DNA from: Rhina ancylostomus
Taxonomy: Eukaryota
Direction: 5' to 3'
Length of the DNA: 64,000 nt
Assembly (NCBI GenBank): GCA_030265395.1
Contig: JARFYF010000060.1
Location: forward strand, 14,007,948 to 14,071,947
Shown here: positions 23,939 through 38,884 of the stretch, in pieces
Position numbering within the stretch: the first letter of the stretch is position 1
Layout: every line of letters begins with the position of its first letter
Notes under the pieces: model-generated
The model's database searches: none
The model's input: the letters and a program-made list of their open reading frames with translations, nothing else
What the model was told of the DNA's origin: nothing
Made by a program: the position numbers and the translations under genes

Positions 23939-26900
23939 ACCAGAAAAAGATACTTTTTTTTTAGGTTTACATTTATAAACTATGAACAAAAAGTATCTAC
24001 ATTTTAGTTACTGTATACTGTGAACAAAGCTCTGTAGAAAATAATGGCTCAAGTCTCTTTTACTTAGCTCACTGTCATAACCTGTCTGATTTACCATATG
24101 ACCGGTAGCATTGATTGCAGCAATATTGACAAAGATTATAAATTGGAGATGCAACAAAATCAAAGGAAAACTTGGGGTTAAATTTTGTGGAAGGAGTAAA
24201 AATGAAACTATTTTGTTTGTGCTCGTGCTTACTTACGTGGTGTCAAAGAGGGGCCTCTGGTAATCCTCATAGCTAGGTGCAGAAATTAGGAGTAGTCTGC
24301 TCATGCAGAAACCTCATTACACTGGTACTTGCCAAGAGCTGGAAATATATACCTGATACATACAAACTAAACTCAGCAAAGCATATTGGGGCATGTCCAT
24401 TTCAGTGCAAGTACCTTTTAGATACGTTGGGGTATGCTGATGTGTAGTCTCATACCATTAGATTTTATTTATTGTCAGAAATTAAAAATGTATACAGTTT
24501 TTTGAAACTATCATCTTTATCTTTCTTAATCAATTCTTTAATTTGCTTTTGGTACATGATTTGACACTGAATTCAATATTCTAGCTGATGTCTCTTGTTA
24601 TTTTTGGCCTGATTGGTTAATTAGGTACTAGATTTCTCATGTAGATCAGAGCTGCTCTGTAGAGTGTTATGTATAGTTTGAGCATTTTGCTAATGGTCAT
24701 TTCTGATGTAAAGAGCTCTTGTTACTTTTCTACTGCTATGCAACATCTCCCTAACTATTTCACCTTGACAAATTTTGCATGGAAGGATGAACAACTGTGC
24801 ATCACTAAATAAGGAACCAAAAAATGAAAGTATTCATTTTCAGTCTGTCAGTCCAGTGGGTAAGGAGGATATTCTGTACTTCAGCTATATTGTGTTTGCA
24901 GGAAATCACTGTTGAAATTACTTTAGAAGTTTCTACTGCATGGAATAAAAGTCCAAAATTAGCTGTGATGGTATCCACTGAAAATTAGACTGAGGATATT
25001 GTTATTTTTTTTGGGGGGGGGGAAATCCCTTTCATTCATCATGATTCATAATGAAATCCCAAAGGTCAAAGGAAAGGAAGAGAATACTCAACTGACCAAA
25101 ATAACTGGTGAAACAAAAGAAAAAACCCTCTGTGGACTAAAACTGTGTTATAAACTGACCAAAGTTAGGGTATCCAGATGTTAGCTAGAAAAAGACTTGG
25201 GAAGAGAAAACTGTTGGAAAATCATTGTATGAATTAAGCTGGTCTATTCACATTTCCAGCTCATAGACATTTATTTATTGGAATATTATTGTCTTCTACA
25301 TTCTCCCTGAGTACTTTTCCTCAATTAGCCATTTCACTTACAGCTCTGAAAAAAAGAAGCCAAATTTGCTTTGAAATAACCTCATTATCACCTTGTTTAG
25401 AATCCCAAGCTTTTGGTCTCAACATGCAATTATTCTCAAATAAGCTGACAGTGGTCTATGGGATGGCATAGATGACAATTTTCAAGATGATAAACTGATA
25501 TGATGACTGCTTGAAAATAAATATGATTCTATCAGAAACCAATAGGTTAAAGTGGAACACAAGTAGCATTTTCCTTTCCAGCATTCAAAGTCAATGTTTA
25601 TGAGTCACCGTGCAGGATAATGGTGGCGAAATGGTGCATCCTCCACAGACCTAGACTGACAGTTGTAAACATGGTTTCTGGCAACTATAATTCTGTGTCT
25701 GTCACCAACAACCCAAATATACAACACTCTCCTTTATTCATTCTTAATTAGGAACGGGAACAAGCATTATGATCCTGAACAGCTTCTCTATCATTATATT
25801 GAAGAAACAGAACTATGAATGTAAATAATCTCATGGTATTATGAATGTCCACTGTATTTTCTGCTCAATTTCTTTTTTACAGATTTGATACTTCTCCCTT
25901 TTAAATTATTCATTAATTGCCTGCATCACTTTCAGATAGCTCATTCCCAAAATGAGACAACAAAGCAACTTAACCCACCCCAACTTTCTATCACTCAGTT
26001 TGTGCGTGACAAAGCTGACCAGAGACAGAAGCAGCCATAGCTTCCCCTCACCCTTTACTAATCTTTAGTTCTCTATTGCCTTTTCAAATTTATAATAGAT
26101 CACAATCAGAGTTTGGGAACAACGCACATGAAATACTATTAGTACTGTCTTCCAGAAGCAACATCTCATTAGTTTCAGCATGATGTTGTCATAGCAACAT
26201 TCCCTACATTCTGCTAGTGATTGCCCTACAAGGAAAGTCATGTGCATATTTACAACACTTTGGCAAAGGTCTCATTTGATATAAGAGGTGAGGTGGAAGA
26301 CATGTAGGCTTACTGAACAAAGGGAAACATGTCCAGTGAGAATGTTCAACACAAGCTTTGCTTTAGTTTTACAATCTTAGATAACTTTCTTTTAATAATG
26401 GAAAGCAAGGAGTACTGATTATTCAATGTCCTTACACAATTCATATTAAAACAAAAGGAGTTCTGAAATATCCTAACAAACAAAATTCAATTGCTTTCTT
26501 TTCTGTATAGTAATTTGGTAATGATATAATTATATCCTATGTGTTTAATCTTGTAGTTGAAGAATTTAATAAAGGGCAAAATGTCCCCAAAATGNNNNNN
26601 NNNNNNNNNNNNNNNNNNNNNNNNNNNNNNNNNNNNNNNNNNNNNNNNNNNNNNNNNNNNNNNNNNNNNNNNNNNNNNNNNNNNNNNNNNNNNNNNNNNN
26701 NNNNNNNNNNNNNNNNNNNNNNNNNNNNNNNNNNNNNNNNNNNNNNNNNNNNNNNNNNNNNNNNNNNNNNNNNNNNNNNNNNNNNNNNNNNNNNNNNNNN
26801 NNNNNNNNNNNNNNNNNNNNNNNNNNNNNNNNNNNNNNNNNNNNNNNNNNNNNNNNNNNNNNNNNNNNNNNNNNNNNNNNNNNNNNNNNNNNNNNNNNNN

Positions 26901-27491
26901 NNNNNNNNNNNNNNNNNNGACATGAAATTGCATGAACTGAATGCACAAAGTTAAGGAGAATGGTGAGGAGAGATCCAATAAAATCAAAGGTCTTAGGTCA
27001 GATAATATTCTACAGAATGCTAGAAGCACTTCCTTGGATTTCTAGTCTGGATGCACTTTAACCTTGTATCAGGCAAGGAGTTTTTGAGTGTGTATAGTGA
27101 AATTATTGAGGAAATAATGCAGCCCAGCACACTGGAGAATAATACAGTGGTATGGTAAAGAAGTAATAGCCAGAGGTTCTGATTAAACACATCTTAACAG
27201 ATGATGCAGTGACAATGTAAATTGAGGTTAAAGATGGTGACAATATCAATTATTTTTAAAGATTTTCTGGGTAGAAAGAATGCATTAAACAAGTAATGTT
27301 TTACAAATTTGAAAAAAGTCGATAAAAGGGCCAGAACATATGTTATCATAAATTCATTTTTTAAAATTCATTGACAGAACTTGGACATTGTTGTCTAAGC
27401 TAGAATTTATTTACTATTGACCTCAACTTGGCAAACAGAGGAACTGTTAAGGGGCCATTCAGGTTTCTGGAACAGTAAAAAAACCTATTCA

Positions 27492-27606
27492 TAGAACAGT
27501 ACAGCACAATACAGGCCCTTCGGCCCACAATGCTGGGCCGACCTTTAAACCTCACCTAAGACTATCTAACCCCTTCCTCCCACATATCCCTCTATTTTAA
27601 ATTCCT
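27492..27606 (-). mobile_element. 5'-truncated CR1-type tail with 8-bp TSD
   Basis: tagaacagtacagcacaatacaggcccttcggcccac flanked by CCTATTCA at 27484-27491 and 27607-27614. Confidence 0.75.
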
Positions 27607-29074
27607 CCTATTCAGAAGGAACTCCTCTGCTTCCACGCTCCCTTTTAAACCACACGCTGTCCTGTCTTGGAGATATGTTGCTGATCCTTCACACTCACCG
27701 AGTCTGAATCCTGGAACTCCCTCCTCAGCGGTTCTCTGGGAGAAAGTGAAATAAATGAGACAGAAAAATTAGAAGTAACCCTTTGCTTTTTTTAAATTAA
27801 CTCTCCAATGCTAATTGCATTCTGAAGGAATGAAAGTCCACATGTAACATTAAATTTTCAGGGCTGAAAAGGTCATTTGGCAGTAACCAAAGGACTATAA
27901 TGATTTAAAAAGCTAGCTCACTGTCACCTCCTTGAGGGCAATTGGGGATGGGCAATCAATACCACTCTTGCCACTGATGTTCAGTTCCAAAAAAATGAGT
28001 AAATGAAAATAAGTCATTAGTTTTCATGCAGATATGGCCCTCAAGGTGAAAGGCAGCATAAGGGACCTAGAGAGTGTGATCTCATTGGAACTAAAATGCT
28101 GGTGAAGACACTCAAAAAGATCAATAACAAAAGAGAAAAGAACAATTTTGCATTGAGAATAATTGTGACTCTAATTACACTCAGTCTTACTACAGAGCAA
28201 ATAAGACAGCAACATATAGAATTATCACATGCACAGCAAAATAGAATCTGGAAGCTATGGTCCAAGTTGTCTATCAACACTTTAATGGCAGGCTTAGTGA
28301 TGAAATCATGACTTGGTGGTACTTTCCAATAATTACCAACCACATATGCTGAACAATGCGTTCAGGTGTAAATGAATTTTTAATAATAATTACTGCCCTG
28401 AAATTAAAATTACTTTAATTTTATATGTGGAGTTTTATTCCTTTGGAGTACAGTTAGTTTTGGAGATATAAGAAAAAGAAAACAAAGGGTTATCAGTATC
28501 TTTTCTGTTTCTTTTATTTCACTTTCTGTTAATCCCAGTTTTTGCTCCTGTTTATCTTGCCTCTTCTGGGTAATTTAAATCTAAATTATACTCCCAAGTT
28601 TAGAATTTAGAGGGAGAATTTGGCCCTTGTTGCTAATGCTAAATACGCACATGAGTGATGGCCACCTCTGTACACTTGGCCCAGAGGAGAAAGGAAGGAA
28701 GTCTAGTGGAACTATTAATCATAGGAATATTGCAGGTCTGAAATAAATTACCAATATAAGCCCATTAAAGTGGACAGTAGAAGAGATGCTAGGAATTAGG
28801 AGCCATTTGGCTGGAGGCAGAATTGATTGAAGCAGTGATTAGAAGAGCTGAATCTAATGTTTGTTTTGTTTTTAGAACAATCCTTCCTGTAAAAGCAATG
28901 GTGGGATCAGTTAATGCACAGAAATCACAACCAGTGCTGTCACACCAACACTATTTGAATTTCTCATTATCTACTGCTACTTTTCATCTTTCTCAGGTTT
29001 TTGTCATCAATGCCTCATTTCATTCTGGCAATGTTATTCTAACAGGTAGGTTATACGTAACCACCTAATAGCCA

Positions 29075-29460
29075 ACATAACCAACATAATCAAAGACCCC
29101 TCCCACCCTGGATATTCTCTCTTCTCCCCTCTCCCATCTGGCAGAAGATACAAAAGCCTGAAATCATGTACCACCAGGCTCAAGGGCAGTTTCTATCCCA
29201 CTGTCATAAGACTATTGAATGGTCCCTTGTACAATAAGATGGACTCTTGACCTCACAATCTACCTCATCATGGCCTTGCACTTTATTGTTTGCCTGTATT
29301 ACACTTTCTCTGTAACTGCAACACATTATTCTGCGTTCTGTTGTTGCTTTTTCCTTGTACTACCTCGATTTCTGATGTGATGAAATGATCTGTATGGATG
29401 GCATGAAAAATGTTTTTCACTGTACCTTGGTACACGTGACAACAGTAAACCAATTTATTA
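29075..29460 (+). mobile_element. Rex1/Babar non-LTR retrotransposon 3' end
   Basis: Uninterrupted NIIKDPSHPGYSLFSPLPSGRRYKSLKSCTTRLKGSFYPTVIRLLNG, then a 3'UTR ending ttcactgtaccttggtacacgtgacaa...aaaccaat. Confidence 0.85.
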
Positions 29461-32400
29461 ATTTACTATTAGCATATAATGTAGCCCATCCTACTTTGTT
29501 GCCTATACATATAGAATTCTGTAGCCTGCCAAGTCAGTGTGTGAATTTGATGAGATAAAACCTATTTTGTCTGGATGCCACACGATGTCCTGCGGAACTG
29601 AGGAAAAATTATTCAAAGTATCACCAGAGTCTGACAATAATAGGGGAACAGCTACCTAGCTCCTCTAGCCTACTGACTGTTCAATTAGATCTTGGATCAT
29701 CGATCTCACATCATTTTACCCAAGTTTGTTCTTTCTTTACTGGCAAAAAAACTTCCGTTAGTAAGAAAAGAACCAACCTGGGTAAAAGAAAATTCCAATT
29801 GACTCGTCCACTGCTTCTTTGGGGAGTGAGTTCTGTATTTCCTGTTCTTGACAAGAGAAAGTGCTTTCTTATTTCAGTCAAAAACAATCTACAATTTTAA
29901 TATCCTATGCAAGGAAATAATTTCCCTGTCGCTTCGTTACTGAATCCCTTAACCTTGTTAATGACTTTGATTAGATNNNNNNNNNNNNNNNNNNNNNNNN
30001 NNNNNNNNNNNNNNNNNNNNNNNNNNNNNNNNNNNNNNNNNNNNNNNNNNNNNNNNNNNNNNNNNNNNNNNNNNNNNNNNNNNNNNNNNNNNNNNNNNNN
30101 NNNNNNNNNNNNNNNNNNNNNNNNNNNNNNNNNNNNNNNNNNNNNNNNNNNNNNNTTCAGAACTCCTCCATTTATGCAAACATGGCATCGGCATGTTGAA
30201 TGAGAAATGCCAGCCACTTTGTAAAGATATCCCCGAACTTCGTTATCTATGTCTCACATCCACAAATACATCCCAAAGCTCTATCATGCAGCAGATTTAC
30301 TCTGCTAAACAACTACTTTAGTATCCTACAGTTTAGTTTCTTTATACATTTTCCTGACTAATTTCACTTTCATTTTCCTCTACATTTCTTCAAAGTATAT
30401 TTGACTTTCAAGCTGCATGCATCATTAATAAAGCATCTGTAAAAATGTCTTTGTACATAAAGATTTCTGCTACAAAGAGATAATGTTACTATCCAATATT
30501 TTTGAGGCAGATATCACATTAATTACATAGTACTATAAATATATCTCTCACATTTATAACTCAGTACTTTTTCTGAATAACATTTTTTCTCTTAAAAATG
30601 TTTTCACACCAAGCCAAAAAGAATTTAAATACAGAGGAGGATGTCATTATTCAAGTATATTTGCCCTTACCTTTCACACCAGTGATGTACTGATTACATC
30701 TAAAAGTCATGAGAGAAAGCTCTTGTCTCTCAGTTAGAATTATTCAATGATTTCTTAAAAAACTATCACAGAATGTCATGAGTGGGATACTCTCACAAGC
30801 CAGCATTCATTAACGAGTATTTCATTCATACCATACACACAGATGTTAAAGAAATCTCAGATTAAACTGTTTGTAGTGCAATGGCAGTGTGAACCAATGG
30901 AAAGATGAAAGTCATATTCCATAGAAATCATTGCAGGCTGTTTAATGGATATCCCACCTGAGACATCGAGTTCTGACAGACCTTTTACAAAATGTGCCAC
31001 TTCAATAAACTCATAAGCTTTCCATTTATGGCAACATGAAAGGATACNNNNNNNNNNNNNNNNNNNNNNNNNNNNNNNNNNNNNNNNNNNNNNNNNNNNN
31101 NNNNNNNNNNNNNNNNNNNNNNNNNNNNNNNNNNNNNNNNNNNNNNNNNNNNNNNNNNNNTGTAAGGGTTCTGATATAACATTAAGTGGCAGGTAGGAAA
31201 TTTTTTTTTTCTGTCAATTACCGAGAATTGTTTTGGGATTTCGCCCTAGTTATTTTGCATTATTGGTTTAATGCACAGTTTGTCCACACAAAGAAATGCT
31301 GCAACCTGAAAAGAAAAAAAAATTACAAATTGTACAAAATTACAAAGGTTGCAGCATGGGGCGGGGGGTCTATCCAAGCAACAGGTCAATATCCATTAAC
31401 AAGTCTTACACATTAATAGAATGTGATAGAAAGAGTGGAAGAAATAAATTCCAGCTATTGCAATCTTATTTCATATCAATAACCCCTCCTCTCTTCACTT
31501 TTCCTCAAAGAAATTTACATAGAGAAGAGCTAAATCTGAAAATTTACTTTTTGATTGCTAGTTTATTAAATGCCAGATTTATCGTGACAATGAGAAGATT
31601 CCATCTACAGTTTATTAATTCATATCTGAATATGAGGCTAAGCTTACTTTTGCAATATCCAATTGATTATCAAAACTGTACTATTTAATTAGTTTTGAAT
31701 CTGCAATATTCAGAGGTTCACCCTGACAATTTTGATTTTGGAATTTTCAATCAATTTCCTTGATATAAAATCCGCTTGATCCTCTTGAAAGCCAAGTAAT
31801 TCAAACACACAATTAGATAATGGTTCTCATACAAACAGGCACTGATAACAACAGGGTGTTAGCTGATTTAATAAAAATTGAATGTAAGTAATCAGATTTG
31901 TTACCAGTTCTTTATAATTGGACATCATACCAAAGAATACTGACATTGATCTCCATATATAGCTGTATAGGTCACAGGATTAATGAAGGGATTTTCTGTC
32001 CCAGTGATAGCATTCAACTTCATGGATAGAAACCTGCTTTATTGCCATTTTTACTGTGTGAAAATTGTTACAGGGCTTTGCAAGTACAGGAGGAGGTGAA
32101 GGAATGAATTAATCCACTGATGATTATTTGACTTGGGCAACAAGCACCTGACAGACTCTCAAATATGATGTTAAGGATATGATTTCAGTGGTAAAAACAT
32201 AATGGGTTAATTCATGGCTAATTGTAGGCTTTCAATTTGAAAACTCATGGGAAGATTTAAAGACAATTATTATCAGTCCTGTCAGTGCTGCATCAGTTTT
32301 AAAATAATCTTGAACAAGGTGAATAAATTATTTCCTTCACCTGCTTACCTGCATTTAATAGAATGTTCTACAGCACTGTTTGGGTGAATTTCTCGTAATT

Positions 32401-33279
32401 GTTGCATACCTTTTAAATCCAGTTTGTCTCACTCACTGAATATACAATTATGAAAATTGTGATGTTGAGCTAAAAATAAAACCATAAAACCTAAAAAATT
32501 AAAAAAGAGCCGCCTTATGCAGCCTTTAACATTTTTTATGTCCTATAGCATTTTTAAAATGTATTTTCATTAATTGAGATTAATAAAATGAATATTAGGT
32601 CCTTTCAACAGAAATAAGAGAAGGGCCAGACACATTTAACAAACCACAGCAGGCTTGTGCCATTCAGCATTAAATTTCCATCATAAATTTACCCTCGGTG
32701 AAGTATTACTTCACTGTTTGGATGTGCTGTACATAAACAATAAGTTCAGCACCTGAACGATGCCATCTTAAGTGGCAGATTGAGATGGAACATATGCATC
32801 TATTAGAAACTGTGACATTGTAAAGCAGCAAGTTCTGGAGAAACACACATACCATTTCACAGGATATATGCCATCAATGACTGACCTGTTACATTGATAC
32901 TATGAAGTCATCTTGGAGGGGATATGATATTGATGGGCAGATAAATGTTCCCCATTTAGATGTGTTTTCATATTCTTGGCATAAAATTATTACAAACTAC
33001 ATGTTTCTTCACAGCAATTTTTTCAAGCACTTAAACTAAGTAGGTTGGCAAATCAAAATATTGCCACCCTTTAATTAGACCTTTCAAGGGATATATATGA
33101 ATACGCTGCTGATACTTTGAACTGTGGTGTAGGTAGCTAAGAAAATAGCACTATAATACTGCTGTTTCCATAAGGCTAACTTCTACCACGGGGTCTGTAC
33201 TTAACATCTCTGAGCAGAGAAACACATTTTGTACATTGATTCACAAATCTTGTCAAATATTTTGTTAAACTAATAACTA

Positions 33280-33509
33280 TTACTTAAGCAGGGTTGTCTG
33301 CCCATGGTGTTCTTCATGATCCACCTTCCCCAGAATGGCCACTTCATCCTCAGGCTGGTGTCTGTACTTGTGAAACTCTTCCTTCATGGCAGAAAAATAA
33401 GCATAAGGGTCCTGACGGGAGTGTCTCTTCTTCTTTTGGAGGTAGAGAATGCCTTGGGGCTGGAGAACCTGAGATTCACCGGGCTGCTGGACCTGTGAGA
33501 TTGGAAAAC
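33280..33509 (-). CDS. Probable last coding exon of an unidentified minus-strand gene
   Basis: Branch-like CTAAT plus gcttcttgtttcggttAG acceptor (phase 1, fits the 43417 donor). Open frame (S)FPISQVQQPGESQVLQPQGILYLQKKKRHSRQDPYAYFSAMKEEFHKYRHQPEDEVAILGKVDHEEHHGQTTLLK*. GC is raised relative to the flanks. An alternative donor AA|GTAATA at 33283 cannot be excluded. Confidence 0.75.
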
Positions 33510-33805
33510 CTAACCGAAACAAGAAGCATTTAATTAGTGCCAACCATATCTCAATGAGTGCTCTTGGGTTTGATGAGCTTTAACTACTGAGGGAAAGGAA
33601 TTACCATTTTATCTCTTTGCAGGGTGTCATTATTCATAACTGTACAGGGGCAGAATTAAAAAATAAATCTGCAGCACTATATTTTTCTGTGGAAAACACC
33701 ATTTCATTACCCATACCAAGTGCAAAAACTGAATTATTAAAATACTGGTCAAAATCAATGTTCGAACAGCCTCTTTATAGATTTCCGTTAATGAATTTTC
33801 TCTCA

Positions 33806-34090
33806 TAAGAGTCATAGACTTGTGCAGCACCATGTCCATGCTGACCTTTCTGCCCATCTACACTAACCCCATTGCCTGTACTAGGTCTATATCCTTCCAT
33901 GCCTTGCCCATATAAGTGCCTGTCTAAAAATAGTGATTCTGTCTGATTCCTCTGGCAATGTGTTCCAGATATCGATCACTCTGTGTAAAAAAAAATCATT
34001 ACCCTCAAATCCCCTTTAAAACTCCTATCCCTCGCCTTCAGCCTATGCCCTCTATATTTTGATTTTTTTAAAAGTCTATCTACCCTATTG
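33806..34090 (-). mobile_element. CR1 3' tail fragment
   Basis: agagtcatagac...gtgttccagatatcgatcactctgtgtaaaaa...cccctttaaaactcc...cctatgccctct. Confidence 0.7.
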
Positions 34091-37000
34091 TGCTCATTGT
34101 GAAGACCAAATACTTTTAGAAGGTTATATTAGAAAATAAAAATATAAATGACGGACTTATTGGTGTTAAAAAAATGGAAAACGAGAATCAAGTTTTAGAA
34201 ACCACCAATAATCATTCGGTGTCCTTGGGGATTTGACAAAGGTAAGAGAGAACATTTTACATCAGTGTAAGATTTTAAGATACCTTAAGCTTGTCTTTCA
34301 ACATTTGTTGCCATTAGTTTAGCTTTGCTACACATTTTATTTCAGCCCAGAAGCTAGGTCTGTTCTTAACCCTGGGCAAATATTGCACTTGCTTGCTAGG
34401 AAGGGAGGCGTAACAATTGTTCAGGGTAACCAGTGTATCATATTTTCATTTGCTCCACAGACCTCTCCTCTCAAGCCACCTGAGAGCAACACTGATCCTC
34501 TGTCCAGTAGTCCCCTATAGCAGCCTGGTAGCTGAGAGAACTCTCCAGCATATTATGACAGTGGATTAGCCAAATCCCTTGTTACATTTTAAAGATCCAG
34601 TAGGTGGCAAGACTGAGGATGGGGAAAATCAATATTTCAAGACAACCAGAGCAAAATTGAGCTTTGCACACAACCCTGATTCTGTTTGATATTATGCAGA
34701 AACACTTGCTTCATAAATAATTTTGAGGGTAACTTGTTGCAGGAGGGCGGTGGATGTATTCAACCAATCTGAATTGAACTGTAGACTCTCCATTTTAATA
34801 ATGGGCCAGATCATCCAACCTGGCACTTGCTGGTTATATTTAAGGTACAGATGGCTGCAGCATTCCCCATTTCTTCATCCTTCACTGGCCCTGCTGAACT
34901 CCCAACTGAGTTTGGCAGTTAGCTGGACTGGAGTTTGCAGTGCAGTGCAGATATCTTCATCACATGCTGAAGACCACATGACCATTTCTCACATGAGCTG
35001 ATGACTGTAGTATGTATGAAAAAAAGACTTGGAGGACAGTGATTCAGAGGCACTAGGCTCTGGAAAATGACAGTAAAGAGTTTGAGATTCCTTTATGGGG
35101 TGAGAGGATTTTGTAGTAGTTTATATTCCTCCCAAATGGCACCAAATATAAACCCCATGAAGGACTTGGTTGTACTTTCAGTCAAAATCTTGACTGACAT
35201 TTGGGGCTCTCATCTGGTGCTAGTCTTTTCCTAGCCTTCCCCTTATCATGCCAAGTTTGCCCTTGGCAGGGAAGACCTCATCAGTAGCCTGACATGCAGT
35301 CAGTATATCTCACATTTAAGGGGAATGGACTGGGTTTGAGGCAGATGTGGAGAGACAGAGATCCTAACCTATTGTCAGGCTGTCACCTACTGCTTCCCAC
35401 AAACCTGTCCCGAGCAGAGATCATCTTGGCCTCCTCCCTCACTTCTCTTTCATTGGCCCAGTTTCACCCATGGTTAGATAATTAGTTTATTCCTAATAAT
35501 CCCACAGGCATTCAGTTAGAGGTCAAATCCCAACCAATCTTTCCTTCCTTTTCTCTTCATTTGTTCTGCAGACCCAATTGGGATCAGTGGCTTGTGTTAA
35601 TTTAGTTCTGCTCTAGTGAATCGAGCTTAATTGCTTCAAGATGAGGTGAACCCAGCCCAAGATGCAAGGAAAACCTGGCAGCATCAATCCAGATTTGAAG
35701 ATGTTAAATAATATGATAATTATATGCTCCATTTATCAGGCTGAGTTGACACTTGGCCGCACTGCTCAGATAACTCAGCTTGAATATAACCATCACTCAG
35801 TGCCAGACTAAACCAGAGACTATATTCCTTCCTGAGTTTCACTGAGCTTCATTCAGTAGTCTAGCAGCACGCACTGATACTGTTGCTTGGATTGCCAGGA
35901 CAGGTGGCTGTCTGCCAACCCAAAAGACAGGTTCCACTGGAGCTCAGCAAAGGTGATGGGCCTGCATCTGCGGAAAGGAGAAGGTGGGTTTGTGGTTGGT
36001 TTGCTTCCCCACTATGCTGCCCACCTTCTATCCCGAAACATCATTAAATTTCCAATCTCTACCGCTGTAACTGCCAGTCTATGAATTGACAATCCAGCCC
36101 AGATATATGCTATTGGCTACCTATAGTGNNNNNNNNNNNNNNNNNNNNNNNNNNNNNNNNNNNTGCTATATCAGGAAGAACAGATACTAATTGATGGATT
36201 TACTGGTAGCTCATACTGCTTCTGAATACTTCATACTGACTCAGGTCCCAAGTGCAAGTCCCAAGATACCCACATTACAAAATATAGTAAAGATTATTTC
36301 AAATGAAGCATTACCTTTTGCCACTATTTATAAATTATTCACATGTAGAAATTCTGTGCAAGTCAATAGTTATGTAGATACGTTTTCTCTGCTTAGAATA
36401 CTTCTGGTTATTTTCCCACAGTATAGAATGACATAGAAAAGCCACTTTATTAGAAGTTTGGTTGTAACAAATGAGTTGTCCATATCACTAAGCACCAAAT
36501 CAAGACACTGGTTGATGAGATTGCAAAATTCAACAAGAAAAGATAAAAGTAAGGAAAATGCAATTCATTTTGTCAAGCCATGGCATCACAGTTCAAATCA
36601 AAGAGTTTAATGATAATCTCATGGAAATCAAAGAACAGTGCAAATGGAATTGTAAATGGAAATAGATCACAGGTTTCAATATACCTAAATCACATTATTA
36701 ATAAATTGAATTGTATTCACCTGCAGTCATGTTGTTTGATTAAAAACTTCTGTTGTGATTTCAAATCTGAACCCTGAGTTTGAAGTGAGCAATTTTGTAT
36801 TTGCAGTTCCTTAAATCTGATAATTTGGAATTGGTGCCTCTGAAAGGGTATTTCAGCAAAAATGAAAGAATGAAATGATCTCATGATTATTGCACAGTAC
36901 CTTATTTTCTAGACCTTGGTTGCATCACCGAAGATGTGAAGAGCAACATAGTGCTTACATGTGATATGACCTTGGCCTGCAAGACATGATCTGTGCACTT

Positions 37001-38884
37001 AATTGCTTAGCCTTTCCTCAGAGAGATATCATGCCGTGGTTATCTGACTTGCTTTAAGGAGGATGTGGTCAAAATTTAAATTTTTGAGGCACTTTGTATT
37101 TTGATTTCTTCTGCTAAACCATGCATAAATCTGATTACCTCTTTACCTCTTCAAAGAAGCAACCTGGTCAAAGATATTGGAAGGATGCATAATTGCCTTA
37201 GCAATTTCTAACTTGTATTCTGGTACTAATTAATTACACATTTTTCATAATTACAAACATTACATAAACTTTCAGTGGTAGCATTTCTGCTACTTGTTAC
37301 AGATGAAGGCTTGATATTCAGATAAAAATGCCTCGGGGGAAGGTACAGAGAACGTCTGACTATAAAGATGAGACACAAAGTCCTGACTGTAATCAGNNNN
37401 NNNNNNNNNNNNNNNNNNNNNNNNNNNNNNNNNNNNNNNNNNNNNNNNNNNNNNNNNNNNNNNNNNNNNNNNNNNNNNNNNNNNNNNNNNNGGGGGAATT
37501 GAAAATGTCTTTTTAATGGTGGTTACGGGTCATAAATTTGCAGGATCCCAAGATTCTCACAGATCCACAGGATAAAGTTTCTTGGAGCTCTATATTAATT
37601 GGATATATTCAACAAGAAATGTGGCAAATACATAAAAATGAACTACCCCAGTAGCACAGCAAAGTGTTTTGTTCTGAGCTTGAACTTGACACCAAAATAT
37701 ATTTCAGGGACAACATAGAAGCTCTACACAGTTTATAACGACAGTGTCAGAGTGGTTGACCTTGGACACAACACATGTCAGCAAGGTGCAATTTCATGGT
37801 ATGTTAGTCTTGTGAAGACATTGATAAGCAGAAGCATACATAATGAGTTAAAAGCCAAGCTTGCGAGATATTGCGCATTGCACATTATCTGCAGTATGAA
37901 ATGTGTTTCTTTCAGTTGTATTTTATTGCAATGACAGTTGACCATGTCAAATCCATCTTGAAATTATTCCAGTTAATCCAGTCACATCATGGGTTTAAAG
38001 AAAAAGATTTTCAAAGCCAACCTTTCAAATGGTCCAACAGCAATTTCATAAACCATTTTTTTTTGTTATTTTTACTTTTATATAAAGGTACTCTGTCTTT
38101 GTTTTCTTGAAATCCACTCCAGGATCATTATTGCCTGCCAGTCTGAGAACTTGATGGGTCATTACATGGTTCTGAGATTTCTACAACAAAAATATTCTTA
38201 GCTTGAAGCCTGTTCTAATTTCCATCTAGGATACTAATGGTTTAGGCTTCAACTTTAGGAGGTGGAAAATGCTAGGGTTTTCCTTATGGCCAATATCCAG
38301 TGATTTTGCAGGAAGTCAGCACTCATTGCTGTCAGATTACATTAAATTCACCAGAATAATTCAATGGGTATCTATAAAGATCTGTAAAAGACTGGATTAG
38401 AAGAATCTAAGAATGAATTAAATGGATAATCTTCAAATTATTAATGACAGTGGTAGGAAAGACAACTTTCTTTTTCTGGGGAGTAGGTAAAGATAGGTTG
38501 TTGATTTAAAATTTCCATATAGAGAATAAAGAAAGAGAGTGGAGAATTCTTATTACAAGATTTGTAGAATATTTAATAGTCGAGGAGGAATAATTTTTTT
38601 GAAAAGTCGATGTATACAAATTAGAGGGAAAGTAAGGAGTAAAATCAGAATTGTGGGATTAACTTTTTGTGGCAAAGAAGTGGCAGACACAAATGTTGTG
38701 TGCCCCTTGTGTGCATTTTAGATTTCTAGGATTATAGGTGTGGACAGGATTACAGATACTGATGCCCAGACAGTCAAATCACCTCTTGATATTTACTTTC
38801 ATTGATGAAAATAGTACCTTGAGTGAAGTAATGAGAGACCATCATCACTTGTGAAGTCAAAACATTTGCATGAGATGTTTTTAA

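Noticed and set aside
25004-25022. T-run/G-run junction
   Set aside because: Simple homopolymer sequence with no further structure.
26487-27029. Long ORFs spanning N runs (also at 29897-30217, 41621-42170, 46869-47271 and others)
   Set aside because: They are open only because N codons cannot be stops; assembly-gap artefacts.
30671-30699. 29-nt micro-exon (CNQYITGVK) continuing the 33.3-kb exon, and similar candidates near 22685 and 37147
   Set aside because: AG..GT pairs this short with one open frame are expected by chance in 64 kb; the in-frame TAA at 33280 is the simpler reading.
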